In this document: positions 51,240 through 62,509 of the stretch, in pieces
Position numbering within the stretch: position 1 is the first letter of the stretch
Layout of the letters: every line of letters begins with the position of its first letter
From: Takakia lepidozioides
Taxonomy: Eukaryota > Plantae > Bryophyta
Direction of reading: 5' to 3'
Assembly: GCA_030704615.1 (NCBI GenBank)
Contig: CM060734.1
Span: 21,948,001 to 22,012,000, forward strand
DNA length: 64,000 bases
The notes under the pieces: model-generated
Databases searched by the model: none
What the model saw: only the letters and a program-made list of their open reading frames with translations
Told to the model about the DNA's origin: nothing
Position numbers and translations under genes: made by a program

Positions 51240-52245
51240 CAAGTTGTTTGCAGACAATAGAACTGTCTCTTAGTTTTGCTCTTTTACCTTTGTTTCTGTT
51301 GCTTGTTTATGTTTCTCTGTTTTTTCGGTTATTTGACAACTTTTTTTAGTTCTTCTCAGTAGTTTCATTTGTCTTTGTTCTTCAGTTTTGGTTCTCTGTT
51401 TATGATTCTTTGAAACCTCTATAAGTATGCAGAACGAGGATCATTTCCTTCACTTTCTTCTGCACGCAAGCTTTTGGTATAGATATAGAATTTATGCTCC
51501 TTGCCCTTTGTTTGTGTTTCTTCTTTGCTTCTATTGTTTGTTTATGTTTCTTTGTTCTGTCTCTTAGTTCTTCTCAGTAGCCTTCATTTGTTTTTTCCTT
51601 TCATTTTCTGTTCTTTGTTTATGTTTCTTTCTGATCTCTGTTCTTTGTATTTCTGTGTGAGTTGTTCAGCGGAATAGAACTTTCTATTTGTTCTCTCTCT
51701 TTCGTTTTGTTTTTTTTCCTCTTTGTTTGTGTTTCTTCTTTGCTTTTGTTGTTTGTTTATGTTGCTTTGTTCTTTCGGTTCTGTGGCAAAATAAATTGTC
51801 TCCTAATTCTAATTCTAAGTAGCCTTCATTTGTTTTTTTCCTTCGCTTTTTGTTCTTTGTTTATGTTTCTTTCCGATCTCTATTCTTTGTATTTCTGTGT
51901 GAGTTGTACAGCAAAATAGAACTTTCTATTCTTTCTTTCTCCTTGTTCTTTCTCTTTCGTTTTGTTTCTTTCTTCTTCGTTTGTCTTTCTTCTTTGCTTC
52001 TATTATTTGTTTACGTTGCTTTGTTCTTTCGGTTCTGTGGCAAAATAGAACTGTCTCCTAATTCTTCTGAATAGCCTTCATTTGTTTTTTCCTTTCACTT
52101 TCTGTCTTTGTTTATGTTTCTTTCTTATCTCTATTCTTTGTATTTCAATATGAGTTGCTCAACGGAATAGAATTTTCCCTTCTTTCTTTCTCTTCATTTT
52201 TTCTCTTCGTTCTTTCTCTTTTGTTTTGTTTTGTTTTCTCTTCTT
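51240..52245. repeat. T-rich tandem repeat, ~245-bp period, about 4 copies
   Basis: Landmark agccttcatttg at ~51579, 51821 and 52073; gagttg..cagc..aatagaa recurs. Confidence 0.85.
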
Positions 52246-53180
52246 CTAACATATCATACACATTATCAGATAACTACCAAAAACACTATCTTATATTTCC
52301 AAGAAATCATCAAAATTCATTACACTGTGATTATGCCACTTTGAATGTTACATCATAATCTATAGTATATATGATATTCAAGCATGATATCAATATAGTA
52401 TATACAACTTAGATATTATAAATATTTAACTATAATCAGAATTATATATATATTAAATATAGTATAAATAAGTATATAAAAACAAAATTTTATATTACAT
52501 TAAGTAAACAAATTTAATAATAAATAGATGTATTTTAAAATCTAGCTATAACCTAACGACGTCACTACATAAATCAACTATCATTCTATCCATCAACCAG
52601 TCCATTATCATTATCATAAATCAATCATTATCAGTTCCAATCATGTGTATTTTTTACTACTACATAATTATTTATTCATATACTTTTATATTATCATTAC
52701 ATTTTTCATATTTCTAATTTAAAATTAAACATTTATATTATTTCTATAAATGAACATACTAAAATATTTATTTAAGAGAACTAATATTATTTATTATTTA
52801 TTTATTTAAACATAATGATGTATATTATATATAAGAATAAATATATTATCAATTTATATCATGCTTTCAATGTCAGATTCATCATTCCAATTTAAATCTA
52901 ATCAATTAAGTTATCTATCATATAACATCTCAAAAACTTCAAATATTTCAAATATACTATTTATATTAACGAATTTATTTTAAAATAATAATTTTAAAAT
53001 GGATATATAATAATATAATATGTATTAAATAATTAAAATATAAATCAATATATAATATAATATATACTGTATAATATTTATATTCTATCATGTTCTCAAC
53101 CTCAGATTTCATCATTTCAATAAATTCAAAATCCATTCTATCAAATTGTTTATCATATTACATTCCAAAACTCCAATTTA

Positions 53181-53383
53181 TTTAACCTTTATGGTTAATC
53201 TTAAAGGCCTTTCGGCCATAATTTTGTATGCTATAATGGATAGCTATAAGGGTTCGAATCCCTGTAACAAAAATGAAGTTATTGTGAATACCAAAGCTGC
53301 GACAAGGAATGTCGCAAGGATGTCTTGGCGCGGGGTCAATGGCCACAAGGCTACGGCAAAACCGCATCTTATGAGTACATTCT
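53181..53383 (+). mobile_element. tRNA-like / SINE-like terminus of the AT-rich island
   Basis: T-arm AGGG-TTCGAAT-CCCT (53249-53263, B box), upstream hairpins and a degenerate A box. The last ~50 bp are also present at 20072-20120. Confidence 0.5.
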
Positions 53384-54068
53384 TTGCAGAGCATACCTGC
53401 CAGATTGAAGAAAAAAATTGATCTCAAAAAACCATTTAAAAAGTTGTTCTGACTCCTCTGCGTCAAAATCTTATAATTGCAGTTCATTGTCAAGAATGTG
53501 AGCAACAGCCGTACCCCCACAGATCCATTCCTTGACAATCTCACAAAAAAAGTAAGCATAATGTCCCCAGATTGAGAAAGGCCTGCGAGGGTTGTAGATT
53601 TTGCACCCATATTTTCTGCAGCCATCTAATTTCTGAGTAGCCCTGACCAACAAGAGCCACCATGCAATTGTTCCCAAGCTTCATTTTTCTTCTTTCATGG
53701 TTGACTGATGAGGGCGTTTGGCACCCTTTGGGATTTAACTCTTTTTTTCCCCTTCAATAATTTAATTATTAACAATATATTTATTTGGCTAAAAAACTGT
53801 GACATTTTGGCTAAAATATATTAGGGTTTAGCCAGAACTTGTCGACGTGGCCTTCTGTCTTGCTGAGAAAGAAAAACTTGGCACTAGCTGGTATCCTAAA
53901 GAACAGGGGACTGTAGCCCTTTTTTTAATTTTATTGCATAGGTAAGGAAAAATTAACCTTATAATTGCCATGAACTTAGGCTGAGAAACCAGACACTGCT
54001 CCGAGCTCGGAGTTCAATACGATCAAGAGAGAAGAGAGATTTCTAAAGATATCAGACTAAATGCTATC

Positions 54069-54900
54069 CTACATGCTACCCCTTTTCCTCTTGGGAGGAT
54101 CGAAAGAGAGCTGGGCCTTGGACTTGCCTTTCCGAAAGCTACGCCGAAGCCTCCAGTTGACCGCTGTTTCTTCTGCATCCAAAGGTGAGGGTCTGGCACT
54201 CCAGTTAATTTTCAATCCTGAAGCATAGCAAAAACTAGAAAGCCTATTGAGAGAAGAAGTCACGTTAGAATAAGAGCTGTTGTCCACAAAGAGAGTAGTA
54301 CCGTTATCCGCATAAAGCGACGACCTGATGGAGGATGGGACACCTGAAGGCATAGCTGGAGAATTCGGAATAACAATGCCTAGGGAGTCCTGTCTATTGT
54401 CCATAAGGTGCCCTAAGCCATCCGCAGCAAGCGTACTTAAACAGCTAAAGTGGCTGTTAAGAGGCGAATTTGGCGTACCACCCTTGAGAGCTCTCGATGT
54501 GATGAGATCAAAGTCAAATGGTGGAATCGCATGCCTAGTACCAGATACCCTAGAATGATTGGAAGCAAGACCGTCCAGGCTCAGTCCTGGTCACTGGGAA
54601 AAGGTAGAGGAGACTTTCAAGTCGGTACGAAGAACTGACCCTGCTAGAGGAAGCTGACTTGAGGCTGAAGTCTCTAATACCTAAGGCCGTGTCGGTATCG
54701 TGAAGAATGTCCCAACAAAACAGAGTTAGTTACCCATAAAACTTCTCTGAACTTGTTTGGATAATCTGCAGGCCCTACTTTAGCCCCAAGGCAGCAACGA
54801 GGGATTGCTCGCAGAAATGGCTGCTATGTCTTGCTCTATGCCAAGATGTAATAGAAAGGCCGTAAAAACTGGGACTCCCGAGTCCCTACTCCCTAACTCA
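54069..54900 (-). mobile_element. Degenerate L1 RT fragment
   Basis: SSLYADNGTTLFV...FCYASGLKINWS corresponds to the RT YADD region. Confidence 0.65.
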
Positions 54901-55164
54901 CCGCCTCCGACTTCTCCTTGTGATCAACAGCATTACAATATAGTTTCATCGGAGTTTCAATGTCCCTTTCTTCATTTTTTTCCCTTCTGTCGAGGTTCGA
55001 AGATATTCACATGTATCCAGTACAGGCATTGTTGAGACGCTTTGCGTGTCCCCCGATCGACAAACTCTCAGAGTGTGTGATAAGGTGACAATTCTGTCTC
55101 TCTGTCTGAATGTAACATTGCCGCCACGACCAGCCCGGCATATACTTAGCATAGATCATCACAA

Positions 55165-58100
55165 ATGCACAAGTTTCCTCAGTCATCGAGGACTTCTCCT
55201 TTCCTCCTTGCCTCGTCTGCTGACTGCAACGTTTATGCAGAAATGCCATCAATGAGGATGATGGGCAGTAACCTTGTAAGAGATTCAGAAGCACAGCAGA
55301 GGCAGTTGTTCTTTACCAAGCTGCTCGACGCTCTTTGGAGTCCTGCCGAAGGCACCGATGGGACGTACGCCGCAGGTGGAATCATCGCCCCCACTGAGCA
55401 GGGAGTCGTCCTGGACTCCTTACATGTCCAGGGTGTTGGCGAATTCCGCCTCCCTCTCTCGAAGGTAGACACTTCCAAGCTTCGTGGTGTTTGCGAGCAG
55501 GCGCCCTTCGGCCAAAGCTTAGCCACGGTCGTCGACACAGCCGTGCGCAGGTCCTGGCAGGTGGACGCCTCCAAAGTGAGCTTCCCAGGGGCGCCACACT
55601 TCATATCCGAGACTGCCCAGCTACTCGCTATGAAGGCGGTACGCGAGCTGGGCCTTGATGGAGCGGCCCTGCAGCTAGAAGCGCACCTGTACAAACTTCT
55701 GCTCTACGACACCGACGGCCACTTCAAGGTCCATCGTGACACGGAAAAAGAACCTGGCATGTTTGCGACGTTGGTGCTCCAGCTTCCGACGGAGGCAGGG
55801 TTCAAAGGTGGAGCATTGGTGGTGAAGCACAACAATATGAGTAAGACCTTCGATTTCTCAAAGGTCAGCTCAACGGATTTTTGCTACAAAGTTTTCTTCG
55901 CTGACTGCGAGCACGAGCTGCGCAAAGTCACGGCTGGTGCACGACTATGCCTGCCCTTCAACTTGGTAAGACGCAATACTAGCTCTGATGAGGTGTTGCA
56001 GCTAGGAGAGCTGAAGGGGTTCTCCTCCAAGTTGGGCAAGGCTGAGGCGGCATTGCAACCTTGGTTGGAAGCAGTAATGGAGGAAAATACGAACATATTC
56101 AGTGACAAGCTTGCGATTCCATAACACAAGTACACAGAAAAGAACTTGACTTTTGCGGGGCTGAAGGGCGACGACCGTATCGTGGCACAAGTGTTGAAGA
56201 ATTGCCGAGACAGCGGGAGAAAAAGGTGGCTCGATCTTCATTTGTGCATCTTGACTAAACATGAGACTGGGGCACCGGAAGTCGATTACTATGATCACTA
56301 TGATCACCATAGGTCTCGTTACCGGTACGATTCAGATTCAGATTCAGATGGTGATGACGATGAGGACGACGATGACGATGAATCTGATTCCTGTCAGCAT
56401 ACAATGGCGGAAGTCCTCGACGAAGAGATCAGTGCTAGCAATTGGGTTGGACTCGGCAACACAGCCACCTTTGCTGAATATATTGACCTTGACATGGATC
56501 TCGAAGTCGTAACTGGTGAAGATCGTAAAAACGAGCCGTTTCATGTTGATGATGGTCCGGATAAAGTCGAGTATTATGAGGAGTGTACTGGTAATGAGGG
56601 TGCGACTTTGGAGTATTGGTACCACAAGGCCATGATCGTTGTATGGCCAAAGAAGAGGATTATGTCGATTGCCTGCAAGGCGAGAATCTCAAGTGCATTG
56701 GACGTTTTGGAAAGTAAGGAAAGTCTAAATGACCCAGATCTTTGTGGAATGCTCCAAGAATTCTTGACGTATTGCCAGAACCATGGCTCATCAATTTGGC
56801 ATTTTCCTCGTCGAGAAGATAAGGCAGATCCAGTCACTTCTCGGTTGCTGAACCTCAGTCTTGGGGCGGGAAGGTGGGAAGATGTGCTGCGCGGCCTCAA
56901 ATTGTTGTTGAAGACTCGCCAGGATAGTCAGTACAACAGCAATGAACTCAAGGTAGTTGCATGGAAAGTTGGGGTCAGAAATGCCGATGTAGCAAGGAGA
57001 ATCGCAACCATTGTGCAAAGATATGGATTCGTGCGGATCAGTTGTCATGGAACTTGTGAAGGACTGTGCAGTCGCTCAAGGTGAATCCTTCACCCATCTT
57101 GCACTGGAGCTTCAGACGTTGGGATGTCTGGATGCTGCCGTCATTGTGGCCAAGAAGACATTTGAGCTTGTGTGGACAGCTTGTTCGTCTCTTAGCAAGC
57201 TTAATTCAGGAACAATCTGCGGTGTTGTAAAGATGCTCTTCTCTCTCAAGGAACTCCATAACGAGTTTGGACCAAAGATGGTGGAGCGTTTTGAGGAGAT
57301 TGATACGGAAGTCTTTTGCAGTGTGGTGACTCAAATTCATGCGAATTACACCCTACTCCTCGTAGCATCATGGATGGTGAAACTGCTGCCTCTCCGACAG
57401 AGAGTGAAGACCCAGTCGCGCTCCATTTCTTCTTACAAATCTGTCAAATGATCACCACCAGGGACTTACATCGTCGCCTTCCCTTGGAGCAATCTCACAT
57501 CCTTATCGAAAGAGAAATCAGTTGAAAGTCAGATTGTGAACCTCGTTCGTATCTTTGTCATGCTTGGCGACGAGCTATTGTTGGACAAACTCATTCAATC
57601 TCTAGTGGATCAGTCCAGACTGCACAAGCAACAACACCTTCTGAAGACGTTGCTCGACTCGGATGTGATTTGGAAGAAATTGTCGCGTGTGGCTATGGGC
57701 CGGAGTGTCATACATTCTCTTGCTAACGAACGCATTAAAATGCTTTCTGAGCATGGAAAGCCTGTCTTCACCTGGTGTCAGCCGTTTGCAGAGCTTCCAA
57801 ACCATCCAACTGTCCAAGATTTTCTTAGGGGCCCGCAGGAGAGTGTCATCTACCATGGTGTAAACAACTTACCTCATGCCAGGAATTTCGCACGCAAATA
57901 CTTCGATGGTATGTATCAAAATGGCTACAGCGCAATTGGAACAGAAGGTGGTCGGGGAACTGGAGCTTACTGTTCGATCCGAAAGAATCGCAGGGCATTT
58001 GAGTTCATGGTGGAACATTGGGAAAAAGAGCAGAAGGAGGTCAAGAATTTGAGGCTTCGACTAGGAAAACTTGGAGGTCTAGCCGCAGCACAAGGCATCC

Positions 58101-58237
58101 CAGATACTGAAAATCTGTCCCCCAATATGAATGGCCTCAAGAGGAAGAGCGTGGATACGGAGGTCGTTAATCTTACCAGACTTGAGAACATGAGGAAGTG
58201 TGCACATAGAGATGTCATTGATCTTGCTTCCCCTTGA
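55165..58237 (+). pseudogene. Intronless large 2OG-Fe(II) oxygenase (prolyl-4-hydroxylase-like fold, fungal/bacterial/oomycete-type), disrupted
   Basis: QAPFG...VVDTAVRRSWQVD, LYKLLLY..GHF..HRDTEKEPGMFATLVLQLP, GGAL.V.H, FFADCEHE...VT.G.RL, GNEGATLEYWYH...VVWP, W.QP.A.LPNHP.V..FLRGP. In-frame TAA at 56122 and frame breaks near 57030 and 57350-57500. Confidence 0.85.
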
Positions 58238-58380
58238 CGGCAGGAGGAAGACTGAATATAACGCACTGGATTGATCTGTCCTTTGATGAGGAGTAGTTTG
58301 CCGATGTGGTTTTAGTTGGGTTAAAGCCTGGAGCCACTGTCATTGAAGCAGGGACTTCCAAAACTAACTCGGGTTTCCTG

Positions 58381-58857
58381 GGGAGAAATGAAATGAAATG
58401 AATTTGTACTTCGTAGCGCACTGGTAAAGGGATCTCGCCGTCGTGTCACTCTCCCACAAGCTGAGAGGACGCCCTGCTACATCCCGTAGAGAACTACCTC
58501 CTCCCGCTTTTCCTACCTGCTGACCATATTGTGGCGCCCAGGTCGTAGCGCCAAAGAATAACAGGTAGGTAGTACCGGAAGACGATCAAAGGGTGATGCC
58601 TCTCGACGCAGAAGCGTCTCGCCGCAGTCCGCTACAGCCCGGTAGTAGCCCATCAACGAGGCGCTACCTAGTCAAAGAGCTTATGGGACAAAATGGAAGA
58701 AAACATGAGAGAGGAAACAAAACCAGAGGCAAAATCAGCCCAGGGAAGGTCTAAGGGTGAAAGCCTCGTGCAGGTAAGGTCTCGTGCAGGTAAGCTGCCG
58801 AGCATTTCTGATCCTCATAGTGGAAGACTTCAGTGAGTGATTGAGTTCCGCAAAATA
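58381..58857 (-). mobile_element. RTEX-like LINE 3' fragment (copy 3, left part) with extended 3'UTR
   Basis: Reverse complement of 58673-58857 matches 17720-17905. (AAATG)n tail at 58386-58403. Resumes at 62466 beyond the pogo. Confidence 0.85.
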
Positions 58858-61800
58858 AGGTAGTAACACCTAAATGTGTGCATTTAGTGAGTGTGGCTTA
58901 CACAGGAGGTGCACTCAGGAGATAATGGTACCATTGGATTAGCAATACAACAACCAGGGCCTCATATGAATTACAAATTTTTTGATGCAAGTGGCCATTT
59001 CATGCGAATTATCAAAGTCTTGAATACACATTTGCCTATGTGTGTGCAGTAGACCCAACCAAAGCACACCCAAAATATATCTAATGCAAAGCATGCAACT
59101 GCCTCACTGCACAAGTGCTGCATCTAAAAGCGTGCCCTCCTTAAGCCATTCATAATTTCTCGAGCACTTGCCCATGACTTGGCAACCATTCTATAGTGGT
59201 ATTCAATGGATCAAAAGTCAAACCATTGATGGGTCTTAAAACTGACCAACAAAATCAAGTCTAGCCAAAGAGATTTGCCATGCAACGGCGGGCCTCAAAA
59301 CTAACCACTCCAAATCAACTTTGACCAAAGACATTCTCAAAGCTGACTACCTTCCAAATCCACTTTGACAAAAGAGATTCACAAAAGACATGAACGTGGG
59401 TCCCGGGCACCAATGAAACTTGAAACAACCCTTAAGTAGATCCATGGTCGTCTTGCTGCATGCAGGTGAGATCACTTAGAACCTTAAGTTCATATTACGT
59501 GGTTGCAATGGGCTCAAGTTCATATTACGTGGTTGCAGTGGGATTCTTGTCACGGCAGGGGACTTAGTGGGCAGTGTCCTCGCCATGGGCCTTGGCTCGA
59601 CGCCGCTCCATGGCGATGCGTTGATTGTACCTGCATATGGGTGGAGCATTGCCGCAGCAAGGCGCCAGGTACCCGTTAGGGGAATGGGGTGATCGATCAC
59701 CTGCCGCTACACATGCCTTGGTGCTCCAAATCGCATCGAAAGCCTTCTTTTGGGCTCGCTCTTGCTGTCGGAATCGCTTCTGGGCTGCCGCCTCTTCCCG
59801 CCTAGCAACTCGTTTCATCTTGGCAGCCATTTGCTCTTCTTTCTTCCGTTCACGTGCTTGGGTAGCTATTTCTTTGAGCCTGGCCTTCTGTTCTAGTGCA
59901 GCTAAGTAGGTGTCTGAAGTCATCATAATAGATTTACTGTAATCTATGATTGGTTCATTTTCATTTCTGATCTGCCTCTGTGTGCTTGCAGGTGCTTCTG
60001 GGAGAACAAGGAACCGGGAGATGGTAGATGGACGTCCACCTGACGTCGGTGATGGCACCACAGGTACTCCTTCAGTCGTATCCACCTGACCTGACTCCTC
60101 CACGCTGCCGCCTTGAATCGGCTGTTCCTGTCATTGTCACTAGATTCTATTTCGACGAAGTAGTGGTGATTGCTGGATTGTTGTCTTGGATTGTGGCATG
60201 TGACTCTACTGCAGCTTGTGGTGGTGTTGGCATGGTCTGCTCCTGTTGTTCGGGGGCTGCGTGAATGCATTGCTAGCGCCCATCTTTCCTTCCATCGCAT
60301 GTGAATTAAGGGGCCAAATTCATGTGGATTGGAACCCCTTGGCTATGTTCTGACATGTGAGTGCAGTCTTCAAGGCCAAGCTGACCCACTGAGCAAAGTC
60401 CTCCTTCTAGGCCCCCTTTCCTTTGTGAGCCATGCTCCAAACGTCCCTGTACTTTCTGAATGCAGTTTTAAAAGGCTTGAACACGGCCACATCAAGGGGC
60501 TGCAATGCATGTAAGGTGTGAGAGGGAAGGGTGATCAGATCCAGACCTGCTGATCTAGCTTGTCTAACCACATCTATAGTGACATGTGAATTATGACCAT
60601 CAAGGATCAATAAATATTGATTTGTCACACTGACCTCATTGCCCATGGCCTTTGCTGATTCCAGGAAATGAGAAATCCACTTGCTAAATAGTATGCCAGT
60701 CATCCAAGCTTTCTTTTGCATTGCCATCGTTGCTCCTGACTCGCATCTTGCAATGTAGTTCCTACTGAAGCGTTTTCCCTTGAATATATAAAAATTGGGT
60801 ATGTGACCATCTGCTGCATTCATGCAGGTTAGTACGCTGAGCCACTCTCGTTGGTTTGGCGTAATGGAATGTACAGCTTTTGTTCCAGTTTTGGCAAGCA
60901 CCACAGCTCCACCATTCCGTCCAGCTTGGCAGCCCGATTTATCACAGTTCCAGATCCTGCAAGCATCATAGTTAAATTTGGTATAGATCAACTCTAGGTT
61001 GGTGTAGAAAGATTGAACGTTTTGAGGGCAAAGCCCTCTAGCCCCCCCAGTCTCCAGCCCTTGAGCCACCCTTAAGCTCAAATGTGGATGTCTCTTCCTG
61101 AACCATTTGACCCAACCCCAGCCCGGGATTCCTTGCTTGAATGGTGTCAATCGCTCCTGGGTTATTCCGGCAACCTTCAACCGTAATTGTGTGAGTGTAA
61201 GGGGATGCCTGATCTCCTGCATTCGTTCTATGTATTTCACCAGCTCGGCTTCTTCAGCAGCATCTAACGTGCCCTTGGTACCCCTCCGCCGTGTTGTTGT
61301 CACACCATATACATGATTTCGCAAACTAGATGCAGGTATTCCAAAAGACTTAGCGGTTGCTAGCAGGTGTTGCCCTCGATCGACCGCTGCCACGGCACCG
61401 GCAAGTGCCTGATCTGACCAGTTTCCATTTTTCCTCTTCCTTGGAGTTGCTCGTTCGGGTCGGCCACCCCAATTTCGAGCAGGTGTAGGTGCAGGTGTTG
61501 CGTTGTCATTGGAGTTGGGTGGTTCTGGTACATTATGTTCAGCCAGTGTAGATGGGATCAGATCTCGTATGTTAGTATCACCGATATTATCAAGACCTTG
61601 TCCAACATTGAATTCATGTACACCGCTCTACGGATCTTGGGCCCATTGGAAATTTTGATCACCATCTTCACTTTCAGTCTTATCATCATGTGAATGTCTA
61701 TCATTGTAGTTGTCTGAATCATGCTTTGAATCAGGCTCTGAATCGCTGGAATCACTATCTGCAAGATGAACAATGTTGCTCTCTCCATCTACCTCACTAT

Positions 61801-62463
61801 CAGGAAGCAACTTGAATGCCTGAGAAGGCCTGTAACTCAAGTCCATGGCCATGGCTCCACTCCAAATCCCCCTTCGCCTCTCCTAGTTGACTTGAACACT
61901 ATAGCAGGCAACACAAATCTAAAGATACTCTATACTCAACAAATACATTTAGTTGATCTAACTTAAGTAAGTAGGTTTGCGCTAGTGGGCCCTATGCATG
62001 TAAGTTGTAGGGGCGCTTGATTGAGTTCAAATGGATTGAGTTCAAAATTTGGAACTGCGGAGCTACTTTCTGCAAATGAACCAGCCATTGTCCAGTATTG
62101 AAACCAAAATCTGCCCCATAACTGCGCAGCCACTTTGTTTAAATGAACCAGCCGTCGTCCAGTATTGAAAACAAAATATGCCCCATCTGTGGTGGGATTG
62201 TTTGGTAGGTGATTAATTATGTGCAAATCGTGCTTAGTGTAATCTGCCAGCTTTAGTGATAACCATGCAATTATAAATACAGTAAGTACATGAATGCATT
62301 GATAGGTCACCAAACTACCATATCTGTAGGCAATTATGGCCATTGGTGGTTCCTAAACAAACCAATGAAATCTGTTGATCCAGTCAAGGGCATCAGTTGT
62401 CACTTTTATGTACAAAAATAGGGCTCCATTCAAGGTCACACACACATTTAGGTGTTACTACCT
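58858..62463 (-). mobile_element. pogo-superfamily DNA transposon (DD35D, Fot-like), 3606 bp, both ends intact
   Basis: Perfect 23-bp TIR AGGTAGTAACACCTAAATGTGTG and TA TSD (58856-57, 62464-65). Internal transposase has psq-HTH, CENP-B HTH and DDE_1 domains. Confidence 0.95.
59564..61852 (-). pseudogene. pogo transposase, disrupted
   Basis: AKSFGIP..SLRNH, PGWGW..WF.KRHP.LSLR, IWNCDKSG, LILDGHNSH-(35)-LQPLD. In-frame stops at 61628, 60407 and ~60302, plus downstream frameshift(s). Confidence 0.9.
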
Positions 62464-62465
62464 TA

Positions 62466-62507
62466 GATAGTGGAATCTCCCACGGATGAGGGCAATAGAA
62501 GAAGTGT
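62466..62507 (-). mobile_element. RTEX-like LINE copy 3, right part
   Basis: gatagtggaatctcccacggat...gagggcaatagaagaagtgt continues the LINE sequence exactly across the pogo TA site. Confidence 0.8.
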
Positions 62508-62509
62508 AA

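Noticed and set aside
51662-52358. Hydrophobic membrane-protein-like ORFs
   Set aside because: Artefact of the T-rich tandem repeat.
53181-53270. Functional tRNA gene (also considered at 9163 and 31072)
   Set aside because: No complete cloverleaf, acceptor stem or anticodon arm; treated as SINE-like heads.
48926-53382. TIR pair GAATGTACT / AGTACATTC bounding the AT-rich island
   Set aside because: Only 9 bp are perfect and there is no TSD, so it may be chance.
53340-53385. Hammerhead ribozyme (CTTATGAG, GGCCacaaGGC)
   Set aside because: The core elements are in the wrong order and there is no CUGANGA...GAAA with closing stems.
56122-56124. Stop codon repaired by U-to-C editing or readthrough
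   Set aside because: Such editing is organellar, and the downstream frameshifts indicate real disruption.
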